Positions 1 to 12,599 of a stretch of DNA of 64,000 nt are shown one piece after another. How positions within the stretch are numbered: the first letter of the stretch is position 1; every line of letters begins with the position of its first letter. The notes below the pieces were generated by a model. That model saw nothing but the letters and a program-made list of their open reading frames with translations. It did not search any database and had not been told where the DNA came from. The position numbers were made by a program, and so were the translations under genes. The stretch covers positions 11,017,009 to 11,081,008 of the forward strand of contig MU058781.1 of NCBI GenBank assembly GCA_013265495.1. The letters are read 5' to 3'. The stretch comes from Vicugna vicugna (Eukaryota).

Positions 1-1639
1 ACTTGCAGATCAGTCTTCCAATGTTTCAAAAAATGCTTGAGCTGGAAACAGTCGGATTTGTCTCACCCTTCCCTATTAACCCTTTCCTAAGAACTGGCAC
101 TAGCCAGAAATGAGCTTTTCTGTGAGGTGGCCTGTTCATTGTTTCCCTTAATCAGAGGTGACTTTAAATGATAGCTCTCCTTCTGGCTTCCCATATAGAC
201 TGAATATGCAATGAAATTTTACCAGAAAGAGGCTCTTCTGAATTTCTCTGCTGGATTGTGAACACTGAAAGAGTGGAAAGCAGAATCTGAAAACAGTCTT
301 GGTTCAATGTGTTTTACTTAAAAAAGGCCTTGATTAGATTCATGAATATCTGGTTCACTCAGCCAGAATACCTAATTATGGACTGCATGGCTATAAATCA
401 GAAGAGATTACAAAACAATGATCATCCATCCGGAACACATAAAAACATGGAGTGTTTGTAGGCATGAATACAATATGGATGGGTACACAGTATGTATGTT
501 TGAGGATATGTGTGAACACAATAGTCTTTTTTTTTTTTTAGCTTTGTTATATTTAGAATTGCCTGATTTGGCACTGATGATCATTATTTAGAGTTATTAA
601 TTTTTTATTGGCTTTCTCTATAAAGTATTGATGACTTTCTAACAGACAAAAATCCTTAAACAAACAGCTTACCTCTTTAGGATGCAAGACACCCTGACCT
701 CATGATTCCTTGACCTCAATTCTAGCAGGAGATATTTTGTGAGAGCCTATTAAGTCATAGCGATTGATGCTTTAGATACCTACAACATCTCATTCATTCT
801 CCCCACAACCTTTTGTGGTACGAATTTTTAGTCCCATATTATGATAGAGAAAATTGTGGTATTAATTTTTAGTCCCATTTTATGATAGAGAAAATTGAGG
901 CTCAGAGAGATTAAATAATTTTTCTGGGGTCACACAGCAAAGCAGTAGCAAAGTGGGAGTGAAATGAAGGCCTGTGACTACCCACACTCTTTTCTTTCAA
1001 CTCTATGTCAATTACCAATAGCTATAGTCACTTCATAAGCATTCAAAGATACTCCACAATGAGCCCTCCTCTTGACCACCATATATTTCTTATCATTGCA
1101 TGTCTTTCATTGAGTCATCTGGCCCATTATCCCTTCTTCTCCGTAGTCTATCAGTATCTTTAGCACAAATCCTTCCTAGCTGGACCAGTTTCAGACTTTT
1201 GTTCAGCTGCACACTTCAGTCCTACAAATTTGCTTCCAATTCTTCAACTGCATCCACCTTGGCATTCATCTGAGTAAACCCTCAACCTGGAGGCCATTAG
1301 CAAGCAATGAACAAAGCCAAGGAAACAAGAGGATTGTTTGCACTTAAAGCAACGCTAATCAACCTCAGTTTAGTTTTCATCATTCCTTGGTAAGCCTTTA
1401 ACACATCTTAATTTGATCCTCGGTCACAGTCCTCAAACTCTATTTCAAGAATTTTGCCCTCAAACTCCTAGCCACAGTCCCTCATATCTGTACCTCAACA
1501 ATAAATTCGCATTCCATTTTTACCAGTGATTGAAGCCCTTTAATGTGAAATGCACAGCTTTCCCCTCTCCATCTCAATCAATTTTGTTTCTTTCTTCCAC
1601 CTTAGGGGGAGAAAAATGATTTGTCTCAGAATCTCTACC

Positions 1640-2220
1640 ACCATGTATCACCTTTCAACAAATTAAATGACACAAGAAGAAAATAATCAGTCAAATCCAG
1701 AATATGAGACATTCTACAATATAAATGGCTCAGGTTTTTTCCAACAAATAAATGGCATGGGAGAAAAGGATTGTGGGGGAAAGACTGTTAGAGATTTAAA
1801 AGAAATAATTACCAAATGCAATGAATAGACCTTATATTGATGTCAGTGCAAACAAGGTATATGTAAAAAGACATTTGGAGACAACCAAGGACAATTAAAT
1901 ATGGGGTGGGTATTAGATGATAGCAAAAAATTCATGTGCATTTTTTAGGTCTGATAATAGTGTTATGGTTATGAAAACAAAGGTCCTTATTAATTTAGAG
2001 ATGCATACTAAATTATTATAAGTGAAATGATACATGTTACCTGGAATATGTTTCAAAAAACTTTGGCAATTCTTTTATTCCAGTATAGGGAACAGATGAA
2101 ATAAATTTTAGAGAATGTTGACAACTGTCAAAGCTGGGTATGGGCACCTGGGAAATTATAGATTGTCTCTACTTTTCTGTATGTTTGAAATATACATATT
2201 GAAAAATTTGAAAGTAACAG
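1640..2220 (+). mobile_element. Old L1 (L1M-type) 3' fragment
   Basis: Typical old L1 3' UTR text (CAAATCCAGAATATGAGACATTCTACA; CTCTACTTTTCTGTATGTTTGAAAT). Confidence 0.7.
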
Positions 2221-2222
2221 AG

Positions 2223-2766
2223 TATAGGGGAGCAAAATTTGCCACCCCAAAATGTGTCTCTTTGGCATGAGTACTATTTTAGGCTGCTTATTTTTAAAAA
2301 ACAGAGGACTTGGAAGTCTTTCTTTTTACAACCCCTTAACTGCCTAAAGAATTTAATTAAAGGGCTATCACCAGAGATATCTGCAAAGAATATGGGCTAG
2401 GTCTAGTGGGGGAAAGTCAACAGGACCTAGAGACCAGAGTCCACGCTGTGTCCCACAGTCTCTGTGTGGACCAGCAAACATTTTTTTACCAAACATTTGC
2501 TTTTCCATCTCCATGTGAATTACCTTTCTCCCCTTTAAAGTCCCAAACCACCACCCCCAACACCCTCTTTTGTCTTTAGCTGAAGATAGTCCGTAAGGTG
2601 AGGACTTCAGCCATTTTCACGAATTACTCAGTCTTCTCGGCTCTCTCCTGTGTATTCATGTTATTAAACGTTTGTTTGATTTTCTCCTGTTAATTTGTCT
2701 CATGTCAATTTAATTCTTAGTCAGAAGAACCTAGAAAGGTAGAGGAAAATTTATTCCTCTCCAACA
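2223..2766 (+). mobile_element. Solo LTR, MER34-like (ERV1 class)
   Basis: Starts TATAGGGGAGCAAAATTTGCCACCCCAAAATGTGTCTCTTTGGCATG, ends CCAACA, and has ATTAAA at ~2663. The flanks AGAG/AAAG resemble a 4-bp TSD. It is homologous to 24500-25082. Confidence 0.8.
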
Positions 2767-3816
2767 AAAGCAACTAAAAACTTTTTAAAAATCATTATTT
2801 AAAAATCATTCTCTTTCTCTAACATCTTAAATCTCCCTCTATTTGGTTGTTCCCCCTCCCTCCACCTTCAAACAAGCTGGCCTCTTTTGTCCCAATCTTC
2901 TCTGAATAGCACTGTTTCCGGAAGCTATAATTATCTTTCTCGAAACACTGAAATTTCAAGAGAGGAGTCCAGATCACTTCTGCCTTTCCCAAATTACATT
3001 CACTCTTTATCCCCTCATTTCCTCTCACCCCTGGCAATCTGGTTTCTGCTCTCATCATCACTTAGCCAGTTCTGCAAAGCTAAGGAGCTATACCACTAAC
3101 CTTTACACGAACAAAAGTCTGTCTCTGTCTCTTTCTGCCCCCTGCAGCCATCTCTCTTCTCTTCTAGACCATTCTAAATGCTTTATTTACATTTATTAAC
3201 TTATGTCATCATAATCATCCCAACAATCCTATAAGGTAGGTACTATTATTATCCCCATTTTACAAAAAGAGGAAATTGAGGCTGAGGAAGGTCCAATAAT
3301 TGTCCACAGTCACACAGCTAGTAACTGGTGGGGCTGAGAGCCTGGGCATTCTGACTTTTGGCCTAAGCCCTTAACTGTCACACCAAATGCCTTTTATTGG
3401 AGGCTAGCATAGGACTCCTTCTCCACAAGCCTGTGTGTGTGATGTACAATGCCACAGGAGATAAGTACATTTGGGACTTTAAAAATTAATAAACAGAAAC
3501 GTCAATTAAATAGAGACAGGAGACCAGAAGGGTGAGTTTTCGTGTCCTATGAAGACAGCAGAACCCAGCAGGTAGAATAAAAGCCTCTTCTTTGCTGGCA
3601 AGGACTCCACAAATGAAAAGCCATGGGCTCTTTGTTTACTAGAGCCCTCCCAACCTCCTCTTCCTCCCCATATAAGTGTTCTCCTTCCCTCGCCACGCAG
3701 GCACTGGCACATGGCTCGCCAGGGTTGTAGACTCCAAGTTGTAATTCTCTGCTGATCCCAGATAAACTGTTTGCTAGAGAAATACCTGGCAGCCCATTTA
3801 TTTCAGTCCAGCATTT

Positions 3817-3834
3817 CGGTGGCCCATATAGGAA
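3817..3834 (+). promoter_or_regulatory. Retroviral primer-binding site, tRNA-Ile-like (degenerate)
   Basis: CGGTGGCCCATATAGGAA matches the complement of the tRNA-Ile(AAT) 3' end, TGGTGGCCCGTACGGGGA, at 13/18 positions. Three of the mismatches fall in CpG dinucleotides. It begins 3 nt after the LTR-terminal CA. Confidence 0.7.
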
Positions 3835-5430
3835 CCAGAGAAGATTCCAGGGCTGGTGAGCAAACTGGTGCTGTCACTCCAAACTGAGCCCCTTGAGCTC
3901 ACTGCTTTTCTAGCCAACCCCAGAGTCTGAAGGTATGTCTTTCTCCTGGATCTCAGCTCACACCCTCTTTGCATTTGAAGCTCTCCAGCTTTTATTCGGG
4001 ACCTATTTAAAGATAGTCTTTCTAGGTATTGTTCTGTATATGAGTACTTGTTTGGCACTTTGGTCTAATTTTGAGATTAGATTGTTTTAATCAAAGCTGG
4101 CTGAAAACATTTTCAGCATATTTTTTCAGAAACAGAGGCTGCTTCTCTGAAACTGCCAGTTTTTCTAACTTCAGCCTATTCCTTTGGAAATTCCTCAGGA
4201 AACTGGCTGAAAAAGACTTTGGTCTGACTTCTCCAGAACCAACCTATCTCCTTAGAAATGGCTGGGATTAGCTTGTAAGCTGTTTGAATTGAGTTGCTTG
4301 AGCTGTCAGCTGTTTGAAAATTGTTCTTTTACTCTAGAGAAAAACCTGTGAGTAATGGGATCCTGGTTATCTAAATATTTGTGAACACCCCCCACCCCTA
4401 CCCCACTACAGGGACTCTGGGCAATTTTATGTTTAAAAACCACAGTCCTTCCTCAGGCACATTTCTAACTAAATGGACCTACTTGAAAAAAGGCAATTTA
4501 GAATATCAATGGCCATTATAGAGAAACTTTGAAATCCCCAAACTTAATTTCCTTAAAACTGAATTGGACTACAGTGACTCAAAAATTTTAAAACTGAGCA
4601 GAATGCTTATTTCAATTTTTATTTTGAGGCCTCCCAACATTATCAGGGGTATAAAATTGCCTCCCTGCCAAATAAGATTTTAAGATTAACCGAGGCAAAC
4701 AAACTATCAAGGAAAGATAAAATGGCTCCCAGGGCTTCAAGCTCTTCTTTGGCTACTTTGTCTCAGCCCCCACCTCTGGTACCATCTTGTCTCTCTCCCT
4801 TGGCTCCTTGAGGCCAAGCTCTACCTCCAGCGCCATCTTCCTCCTTCCCTTCTATGCTGACTGTATCTCCTCCGTACTCTCCAAACCCCCATACAAACTT
4901 CTCCTTTTTGCTGAAACTCTTCCCCATTCCCTCTTCCTCTCAACTTGTAAGAACCTATCCTTTTAAAATTAAGCCTTCTGAGGATCCAGAAGCTAAACCC
5001 TTAATTTCTTATATACCTTGGACAAAAGTGGAACTGTGAGCCACAGTCAAGGATTTTCCCCTAAGTAACTGAAGATTCTCACAGACTTGCTGAGGAATTT
5101 AATACAATCATTCAAACTTATCAACCTGGTTTCTCTAACATGTATCAACTAGTTCATGTGCTTCTCAGTGAAGGCCAGGCCCAACATTGGATGAAAACCA
5201 CTAATTGAGAAACTTCTGAAAGGTCTCTAGAATTACGACTGAGAAACCAGCCTGCTAATTTATTGTGTGATGAGGCTCAGGCAATTGCTAGGGGACCTCA
5301 TGAAGCAATTCTTAGGACTTTTTCAAAGCCTGTTGATTGGAACAAAATTCAGGCTTGCACACAAAAATCTGATGAACATGTTCATGACAACTGACTTCAG
5401 ATTATTTTTTAAAAAAATCTTGGCTTCCTT

Positions 5431-6070
5431 TGAGACAGGAGGGAAGGGAGCAGGGCACAGCCATTCAAGGAATGCCACAGAAATTAACATCAAAATGGTG
5501 GAAGATTCAACCCCCAGTAGGCCTTGAGGCTCAGGATGATGAGAGATTTAACTTCTAGCAGATCTTGAGCTTCATTATATGCTCATTGTAATATATTAAC
5601 ATGGTGAATAACATGCCCACAGGCACCATAGGAGTGCCAAAGCTAGCCACAAAAGGTCAAAGAGTGGGAAATGGATGGCCAACTTCCTGGGAATCCCAGT
5701 CCCTTCCCCAGGCTACTTACACTGGTCCTTCTACTTATTAGCATATGAAGCCCCCAAGCCCATAAAAACCAGCAACACTACACCTCTTGGAGGCCACCCC
5801 TCTCTCTGCCCCTTCGAAGACGGCCCACATTCTGTCTATAGAGTGTGTACCTACTTTTAATCTGAGCACCCAACCCCCAAACCTCGTGGCCTTTCTCTTG
5901 CCTTTCAATGTATCTCTCTGAATAAATCTACCCTCACTCAACTGTGGCTCGCTCTCGAATTCTTTCCTGCGCGAAGCCCAGGACCCACACTTGGTGGGGC
6001 ACATCCCAGGGGCTCAACCGAAGTCTGGAACATGGCCCTCCTCACGCCCCACATCTGTTTTCCTGCATCA
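5431..6070 (+). mobile_element. Solo LTR (640 bp) nested in the ERV gag
   Basis: Begins TGAGACAGG and ends GCATCA, with a perfect 4-bp TSD CCTT at 5427-5430 and 6071-6074. It has a TATA-like CATAAAA at 5761, AATAAA at 5921, and several retained CpGs. Confidence 0.92.
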
Positions 6071-8252
6071 CCTTCATGTGTTTATTCTGATGGGGTAGTT
6101 TTCAACTCTGTTTATTAGTAGGCTGAACTAAGATCTTTCTCTTCTAGTAAAAAAGACCAGCATAGAATTGGGAAACTGTGTCCATTCTAGATTTAATTAA
6201 TCTGGCAAACCGGCTCTCTCAACTATAGATGAGCCACCTTAAAGTAAACTGCCAAAATTCTTAATCTTCAACTCTAGCAAATAAAGCCTCCTAAATGAAA
6301 CCAAAACCCTCCTAGTTTCTGCTATCACTGCAAAGAGCCAGGGCATTGAAAAAGAAAATGTTACAAATTTAAGTATTTTAGACACCTTCGGCCCTCTAAC
6401 CAGGCTTCCAACATGGTCCCAGTTCCCAATTCTCAATGACAAGCCTCCAAGGAACTACAGGTTTTCCAATCCTCCCTCTTAATTGGCTTGGAGAAACATT
6501 TCCCCAGATTGAGAATGCATCTCTTCCATTCCTGACACCAGAGCCATTCTCAGCACTCAACCCCACTACTATAAAACAAACTGCTGACTCAGAGTACTAA
6601 AACAGTTCAAATAGTGGGGATCTCTAATGAAACTCATGACATTCCTGTTTCTGAACCTGTTCCCTTTTGATTAGGCCCTTTGAGAGATACTCCTTTCTCC
6701 TTAGTTCCTCAGCTCCTACCCATTTACTAAGCCAAGACTTCTTTGAGAAGTAGCATGCTGGAATTTCTTTCTCCCAAAAAAAAGGTAAATAATTGTAGAA
6801 TTTGACAGTAGACATCAAAGTACCCAATAAGATGAATTAAATGACCCTTTGACATCTTTTATTTGTTCCACCTCTGACAGTACTAGAGCTGATTCTGGAA
6901 GCACTGATCAATGGTCATTACTGAACTAGCCACCACCTTCCTTATGGACAAAATTTCCAACTGACATTGGCAAAAATCACAGCACATCTCCCATCAAGAT
7001 TCAAACAGATCCCTCAAAACCTCTTCCCAGTTAGTCAATACCCTATAAGTAAAGAAGCCCTTCAAGGCATGAAGCCCATAATAGAGAATAACAAAGCTCA
7101 AGGCTTTATTGTCCCTTGTACTAGTCCCAGTAATACTCCCATTTTATCCCTGAGAAAATCTAAGGGCCAAGGTTGGAGATTTGTCCAGGACCTCTGAGCT
7201 ATAAATGACATTGTTACCCCTCCACACCCCGTTGTTCGTAATGCTCATATGTTAACAACATCCATTCCCACCAGAAGTAAATTCTTTACTGCAGTTGGTT
7301 TATGCAGTGCATTCTTTAGTATTCCAGCTATGAATCTAGCCAATACCATTTCTGCCTTCACTTAGGAAAAAAAAAATTCACCTGGACAGTAATGCCTCGG
7401 GATTTTACTGAGAGTCCTTCTTATTTCTCACAAATCCTGAAGGCTGACCTGGATAACATAAAGTTCCCCAGAGGTTCTACTTTGTTGCAACATGTGGATG
7501 ATTTGCTTCTTTGCTCTTTCTGAAGCCTCCTCACAGGAAAGCAGCATCCACTTGCTAAAGCTTTTAGTCTTAAAGAGATGTGAGATCACCAAAAAACAAA
7601 CAAACAAACAAAATTACAGTTTGTCCAAACCCAGATTTGGGCATCTGATATCAGAAAAGGGGCTTCACCTAGATCCAGACAGACTTCATAGCATCCTCAG
7701 TTTCCCAAAACCCAAGAAGTAGCTCATGATTTTAAAATGTTTGTGGGAGCAATGTGGCTTCCTTACTTCCAGCGGAAATAAAATTTTAAATGGCCCCTAT
7801 ATTCAAGAATTATTGAACTCAATAGTTCAGCCTACTACTTTAGCTGTTATTAAATTAGCTGGAATTAGCTTATTTAAAAATTAGCTGGAGCATTCTAAAC
7901 TTGACTCTCTAGAAGCTAAGCAAAACCACCTTGCTGAAATATCCTCAAGGAATGCTGGCCTTAAAGGGACCAACAGCAGCCAAAGCTCTGTCATGGTCCA
8001 AATAACAACTTAGAAAAACTGGCTTGAGAAACCCAACAATTGGCCTTCAAAAAGGAAAAACAAGATTGAAAATTCAGAAATTGTTGATCCAATAAAAAGA
8101 GTTTGGTTTGGACAAAATAACAACCCAGTCCTACCAAAGACTCTCAAATTCCTACTCATCACCACTGTACATGTATTAAACCATTGTTCTACTGATAAAA
8201 TGATAGCATGAGTAGATCAGTGTTGGTGGGGAAACATTAACAAGGCCATAAA

Positions 8253-9489
8253 TGGTGTTGGGAAAACTGGACAGCAGCATGTAAAACAATGAAGCTAGAA
8301 CACACCCTTACACCATATACAAAAATCAACTCAAAATGGATTAAAGACTTAAACATAAGACAAGATACAATAAACCTCCTAGAGGAAAACATAGGCAAAA
8401 CATTATCTGACATACATTTCAAAAATTTTCTCCTAGAAGAAATAAAAGCAAGAATAAACAAATGGGACCTAATGAAACTTACAAGCTTCTGCAGAGCAAA
8501 GGAAACCAGAAATAAAACAAGAAGAAAACCTACGGAATGGGAGAAAATTTTTGCAAGNNNNNNNNNNNNNNNNNNNNNNNNNNNNNNNNNNNNNNNNNNN
8601 NNNNNNNNNNNNNNNNNNNNNNNNNNNNNNNNNNNNNNNNNNNNNNNNNNNNNNNNNNNNNNNNNNNNNNNNNNNNNNNNNNNNNNNNNNNNNNNNNNNN
8701 NNNNNNNNNNNNNNNNNNNNNNNNNNNNNNNNNNNNNNNNNNNNNNNNNNNNNNNNNNNNNNNNNNNNNNNNNNNNNNNNNNNNNNNNNNNNNNNNNNNN
8801 NNNNNNNNNNNNNNNNNNNNNNNNNNNNNNNNNNNNNNNNNNNNNNNNNNNNNNNNNNNNNNNNNNNNNNNNNNNNNNNNNNNNNNNNNNNNNNNNNNNN
8901 NNNNNNNNNNNNNNNNNNNNNNNNNNNNNNNNNNNNNNNNNNNNNNNNNNNNNNNNNNNNNNNNNNNNNNNNNNNNNNNNNNNNNNNNNNNNNNNNNNNN
9001 NNNNNNNNNNNNNNNNNNNNNNNNNNNNNNNNNNNNNNNNNNNNNNNNNNNNNNNNNNNNNNNNNNNNNNNNNNNNNNNNNNNNNNNNNNNNNNNNNNNN
9101 NNNNNNNNNNNNNNNNNNNNNNNNNNNNNNNNNNNNNNNNNNNNNNNNNNNNNNNNNNNNNNNNNNNNNNNNNNNNNNNNNNNNNNNNNNNNNNNNNNNN
9201 NNNNNNNNNNNNNNNNNNNNNNNNNNNNNNNNNNNNNNNNNNNNNNNNNNNNNNNNNNAGAGGGTGGGAAGGGATAGACTGGGATTTCAAAATTGTAGAA
9301 TAGATAAACAAGATTACACTGTATAGCACAGGGAAATATACACAAAATGTTATGATAAATCACAGAGAAAAAAATGTGACAATGAGTGTATATATGTCCA
9401 TGAATGACTGAAAAATTGTGCTGAACACTGGAATTTGACACAACACTGTAAAATGATTATGAAACAATAAAAAATGTAAAAAAAAAAAA
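8253..9489 (+). mobile_element. 5'-truncated young LINE-1 (ORF2 C-terminal part, 3' UTR, poly(A)) inserted in the ERV pol
   Basis: Open L1 ORF2 peptide [18 protein letters not shown]...PTEWEKIFA, then AATAAA and a poly(A) tail at ~9466-9490. An 11-bp TSD AAGGCCATAAA sits at 8242-8252 and 9490-9500. Confidence 0.95.
8558..9258. other. Assembly gap (701 N) inside the young L1
   Basis: Run of N flanked on both sides by collinear L1 sequence. Confidence 0.99.
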
Positions 9490-11039
9490 AAGGCCATAAA
9501 AAGTGCCTGCATCACTTTTACCACTTTTCTGGAGTACAGTCCTGCTCATTCTCCACTCAGACATTTTAATCTGCCTTATGGACCATTCGAGGTCTGACAA
9601 ATGGATTTCTTACAGTTTCCTCCATCTCATGGATATAACTTTGTTTTCAGTCATAGTCTTCATGTTTTCACACTGGGCTGAAGCCATCCCTTGTAGATAG
9701 GCTACTGCCTCTTCTGTGGCTAAAGTTCTTTTGGAAAAAAAAATTATCACCACCTGAGGAACTCTCAAACTTCATAATGATTGAGGAATTCACTTTATTG
9801 GACAAGTACTTAAACAAGTCTGTGCTGTTTGGCCAGTTTTACAACACTTTCACTGTGCTTACTACCCTCATCTTCTGGTTTAATTGAACATACCAACAGC
9901 ATTATTAAGATTCAATTGGCAAAATCTGTATAGACCCTCCAAATACCTTAGCCAAAGAGTTTTGCATCAAGCCAAAAATGAAAGAGTCAAGCATTTTCAC
10001 TACTATGTTGGCATAAGCCAGAGTCTAAAACCAGAGAAAGCAGTGACTGCCCTTGTTCCATTTTTCCCCATGGAACAGTGTACAGGTTGAGCAGCACAGA
10101 TATGGGGTCCTCTCATCGTTTCCTGACTTTTGTTCTATGGACTCTAAGGTGGGATGCAGGGGGCAAGCAGGGCAGGTTAGGAGTGGACTGAGTCATAGTG
10201 GGGAAAAGTGTCTTCGAGGTTTTCTCCTTCCTTTCCTGTTAGGAGACCTAGGCTGGGACACCTACAGAGGAGGTGCAAGGCCTCAGATAAAGAGACCAGG
10301 GTATGAAGGTACTGCAGGTAGAAATGTAAATATGTGAAAGATCATGGCTGGAGGGTGGGTGCTGGGAAGTCTCAGTTCTTAACTGCAACTCCCTTCAGAG
10401 ACTGCAGTACACTTGCTTTGCCCCAAGTCTGGTCTAGGGAGGAGAGCTTCCCATGGAGGAAGCAAACCATAAGTACAGAAAGACACTTAATGCCAAGTGA
10501 ACTAAGAAAAAGAGCCAATGCACAGCTTTTAGAACTTTAATTATTGCCTGTGTCACAAAGGAAAAGAAAAAAAAACATTTCCAGCACTTTGTGTACCTGC
10601 TAAAGACTCTAAATGGATTCAGATATATAGGCATTTCTCTGGTAGTTAAAAGAGGTTAGTATCCAACAACTGTGTAAAGACATTCATTAAATCCCAATTT
10701 CAGTCTGTTCTAAGGCATCGTTCTCTTGAAGTTGTAAATAAATTAGAACTGTTCTAAATAGATTAAATGCACGGCACTTCAAAGAAAAACAGGAGTTTCG
10801 GCATGTAGATAAATACAATGTGAATTAGCTCTTTCAGGAAAAAGAAAGAGGAAAAATAGAGGAACAAAGTGAGGTATTATTTAACATCACTGAGCTTCAC
10901 AGATCCCAGGGCTAACGGTGGGGAACGTTTCATACTTAAATGCATATTAGACCCCTACGACTTGTGTAGCATACAAGCATACAGTGCCCAAAGGCCTCCA
11001 CAATCCAGCTGATCAAAAAACACATAACTGCAGAAAAAG

Positions 11040-11290
11040 CCATTGCACGACTGTCTACGGAGAAAATCACAAGGGATATATCAAAAAAAAAAAAAAAAAA
11101 AACAAAAAAAAAAAAAAAAAGCTCAAGAAGTAATACTTAGCAAGGCCTCAGGATATGAGATCAACACACAAGAATCAATCACATTTCTTACACTCATAAT
11201 GACCACACAGAAAACAAAATTGAAAAACAAAGTATCATTTACAATCTCTTCAAAGAAGACAAAGTGCTTAAGTTTAATCCTAACAGGCTG
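11040..11290 (+). mobile_element. Old L1 ORF2 fragment with an internal A-rich tract
   Basis: Translation SKASGYEINTQESITFL resembles L1 RT SKVSGYKINVQKS.AFL. Confidence 0.7.
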
Positions 11291-11419
11291 CAAAAAAAAA
11301 AAAAGTCACCAATAACAGTAATAAAAAATAACTATAAATAGCTAATAACATTAAGTGGCTTTTGAAATTAATCTATAACAAAAAGGAATGAGGGTTTTAT
11401 CCATTTTTAAAAGCAAAGG

Positions 11420-12505
11420 GTTTTATTTTATTTATTTTTTAAAGTTTAGTTGACTAATAACATAATATTAGTTTCAGGTGTACAACATAGTGATTCAATA
11501 TTTTCATGGATTTTACTCCATAAAAAATTATTATAACATATTGGCTACATTCCCTGTGCTATACATTACTCCCTTGTAACTTACTTACTTTATATCTAAT
11601 AGTTTGTATCTCTTAATCACCTTTACCTACTTTGCCTCTTACCCTACCCTTCGACCCTCTGGTAACTACCAGTTTGTTCTGTGTATCTGTAAGTTTCTGC
11701 TCTGTTATATTCACTCATTTGCTTCATTTTTTAGATTCCACATATAAGTGAAAACATACTGTATTTGTCTTTCTCTACCAGACTTACTTCACTAAGTATA
11801 ATACACTTCAAATAATGTTGTTTCAAATGGCAGAATGTCACTCTTTTTTATGGCTGAAAAATATTCCATTATATATAAAACATCTTTATCCATCCATCTG
11901 TTGATGAACACTTAGGTTGCTTCCAAGTTTTGGCTATTGTAAATAATACTGCAATGAACATGGAAGTTCATATATCTTTTCAAATTAGTGTTTTTGTTTT
12001 GTTCAGATAAACATCAAGGAATGTAATTTCTGAGTCACATGGTAGTTCTATTTTTAATTTTTTAAGGAACCCCCATACTGTTTTCCATGGTGGCTGTGCC
12101 AATTTATATCCCCACCCATGGTATACTAGGGTTCTCTTTTCTCCACATCCTCACCAGCACTTGTCTTTTTAATGACACCCATACTGACAGATGTGAGGTG
12201 ATATCTCATTGTGGTTTTGACATGCGTTTCCCTGAAAATTAGTGATCTTGAGCATCTTTTTATGTGCCTGTTGGCCATCTGTATGTCTTCTTTGGGAAAA
12301 TGCCTATTCAGTTCCTCTGCCCATCTTTTACTCTGGTTGTTTTTGTTTTGTTTTGCTTTATTTTGCTTTTTTTATATTGAGTTGTATGAGTTCTTTATAC
12401 ATTTTTGAATATTAACACCTTATCAGACATTTTCAAATATCTTCTCCCATTCAGTGGGTTGCCTTTTCACGTTGTTGATGGTTTCTTTCACTGTGCAGAT
12501 GGTTT
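11420..12505 (-). mobile_element. L1 3' end (ORF2 end and 3' UTR)
   Basis: Canonical antisense L1 text (TTTTAGATTCCACATATAAGTGA; GTGAGGTGATATCTCATTGTGGTTTTGA) with a T-rich tail at ~11420-11440. Confidence 0.92.
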
Positions 12506-12599
12506 TATATTAATGGGACCAGAGGAAGCAAAAACAGCTGAGATTTCATTCCTTATTCTCTGTTGAAGAATTTCATCTTTCGTCTTAAAAGGGTAGATG

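Larger units (their letters stand above)
3500..9960 (+). mobile_element. Decayed class I (gamma-like) endogenous retrovirus: 5' LTR, PBS, gag-pro-pol; no env or 3' LTR seen
   Basis: LTR-like segment ends in CA at 3813, followed by a PBS at 3817-3834. Gag shows YIPWTKVEL (~5010-5036) and a zinc knuckle CYHCKEPGH*KRKC (6320-6361). Protease shows IPDTRA (6528-6545, DTGA-like). RT shows QYPISKEA...NTPIL...WRFVQDL (ORF 6967-7197), WTVMPRDFTESP (from 7383) and LLQHVDDLLL (from 7482). RNase H-like GFLTSSGNKILNGPYIQELL is at ~7756-7815 and integrase-like FSHWAEAIPCR at ~9665-9697. Stops and frameshifts are numerous. Confidence 0.93.

Noticed and set aside
8289..9441. Several 246-345 aa ORFs in the ORF track
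   Set aside because: They are artefacts of translating through 701 Ns. Only the L1 ORF2 fragment is real.
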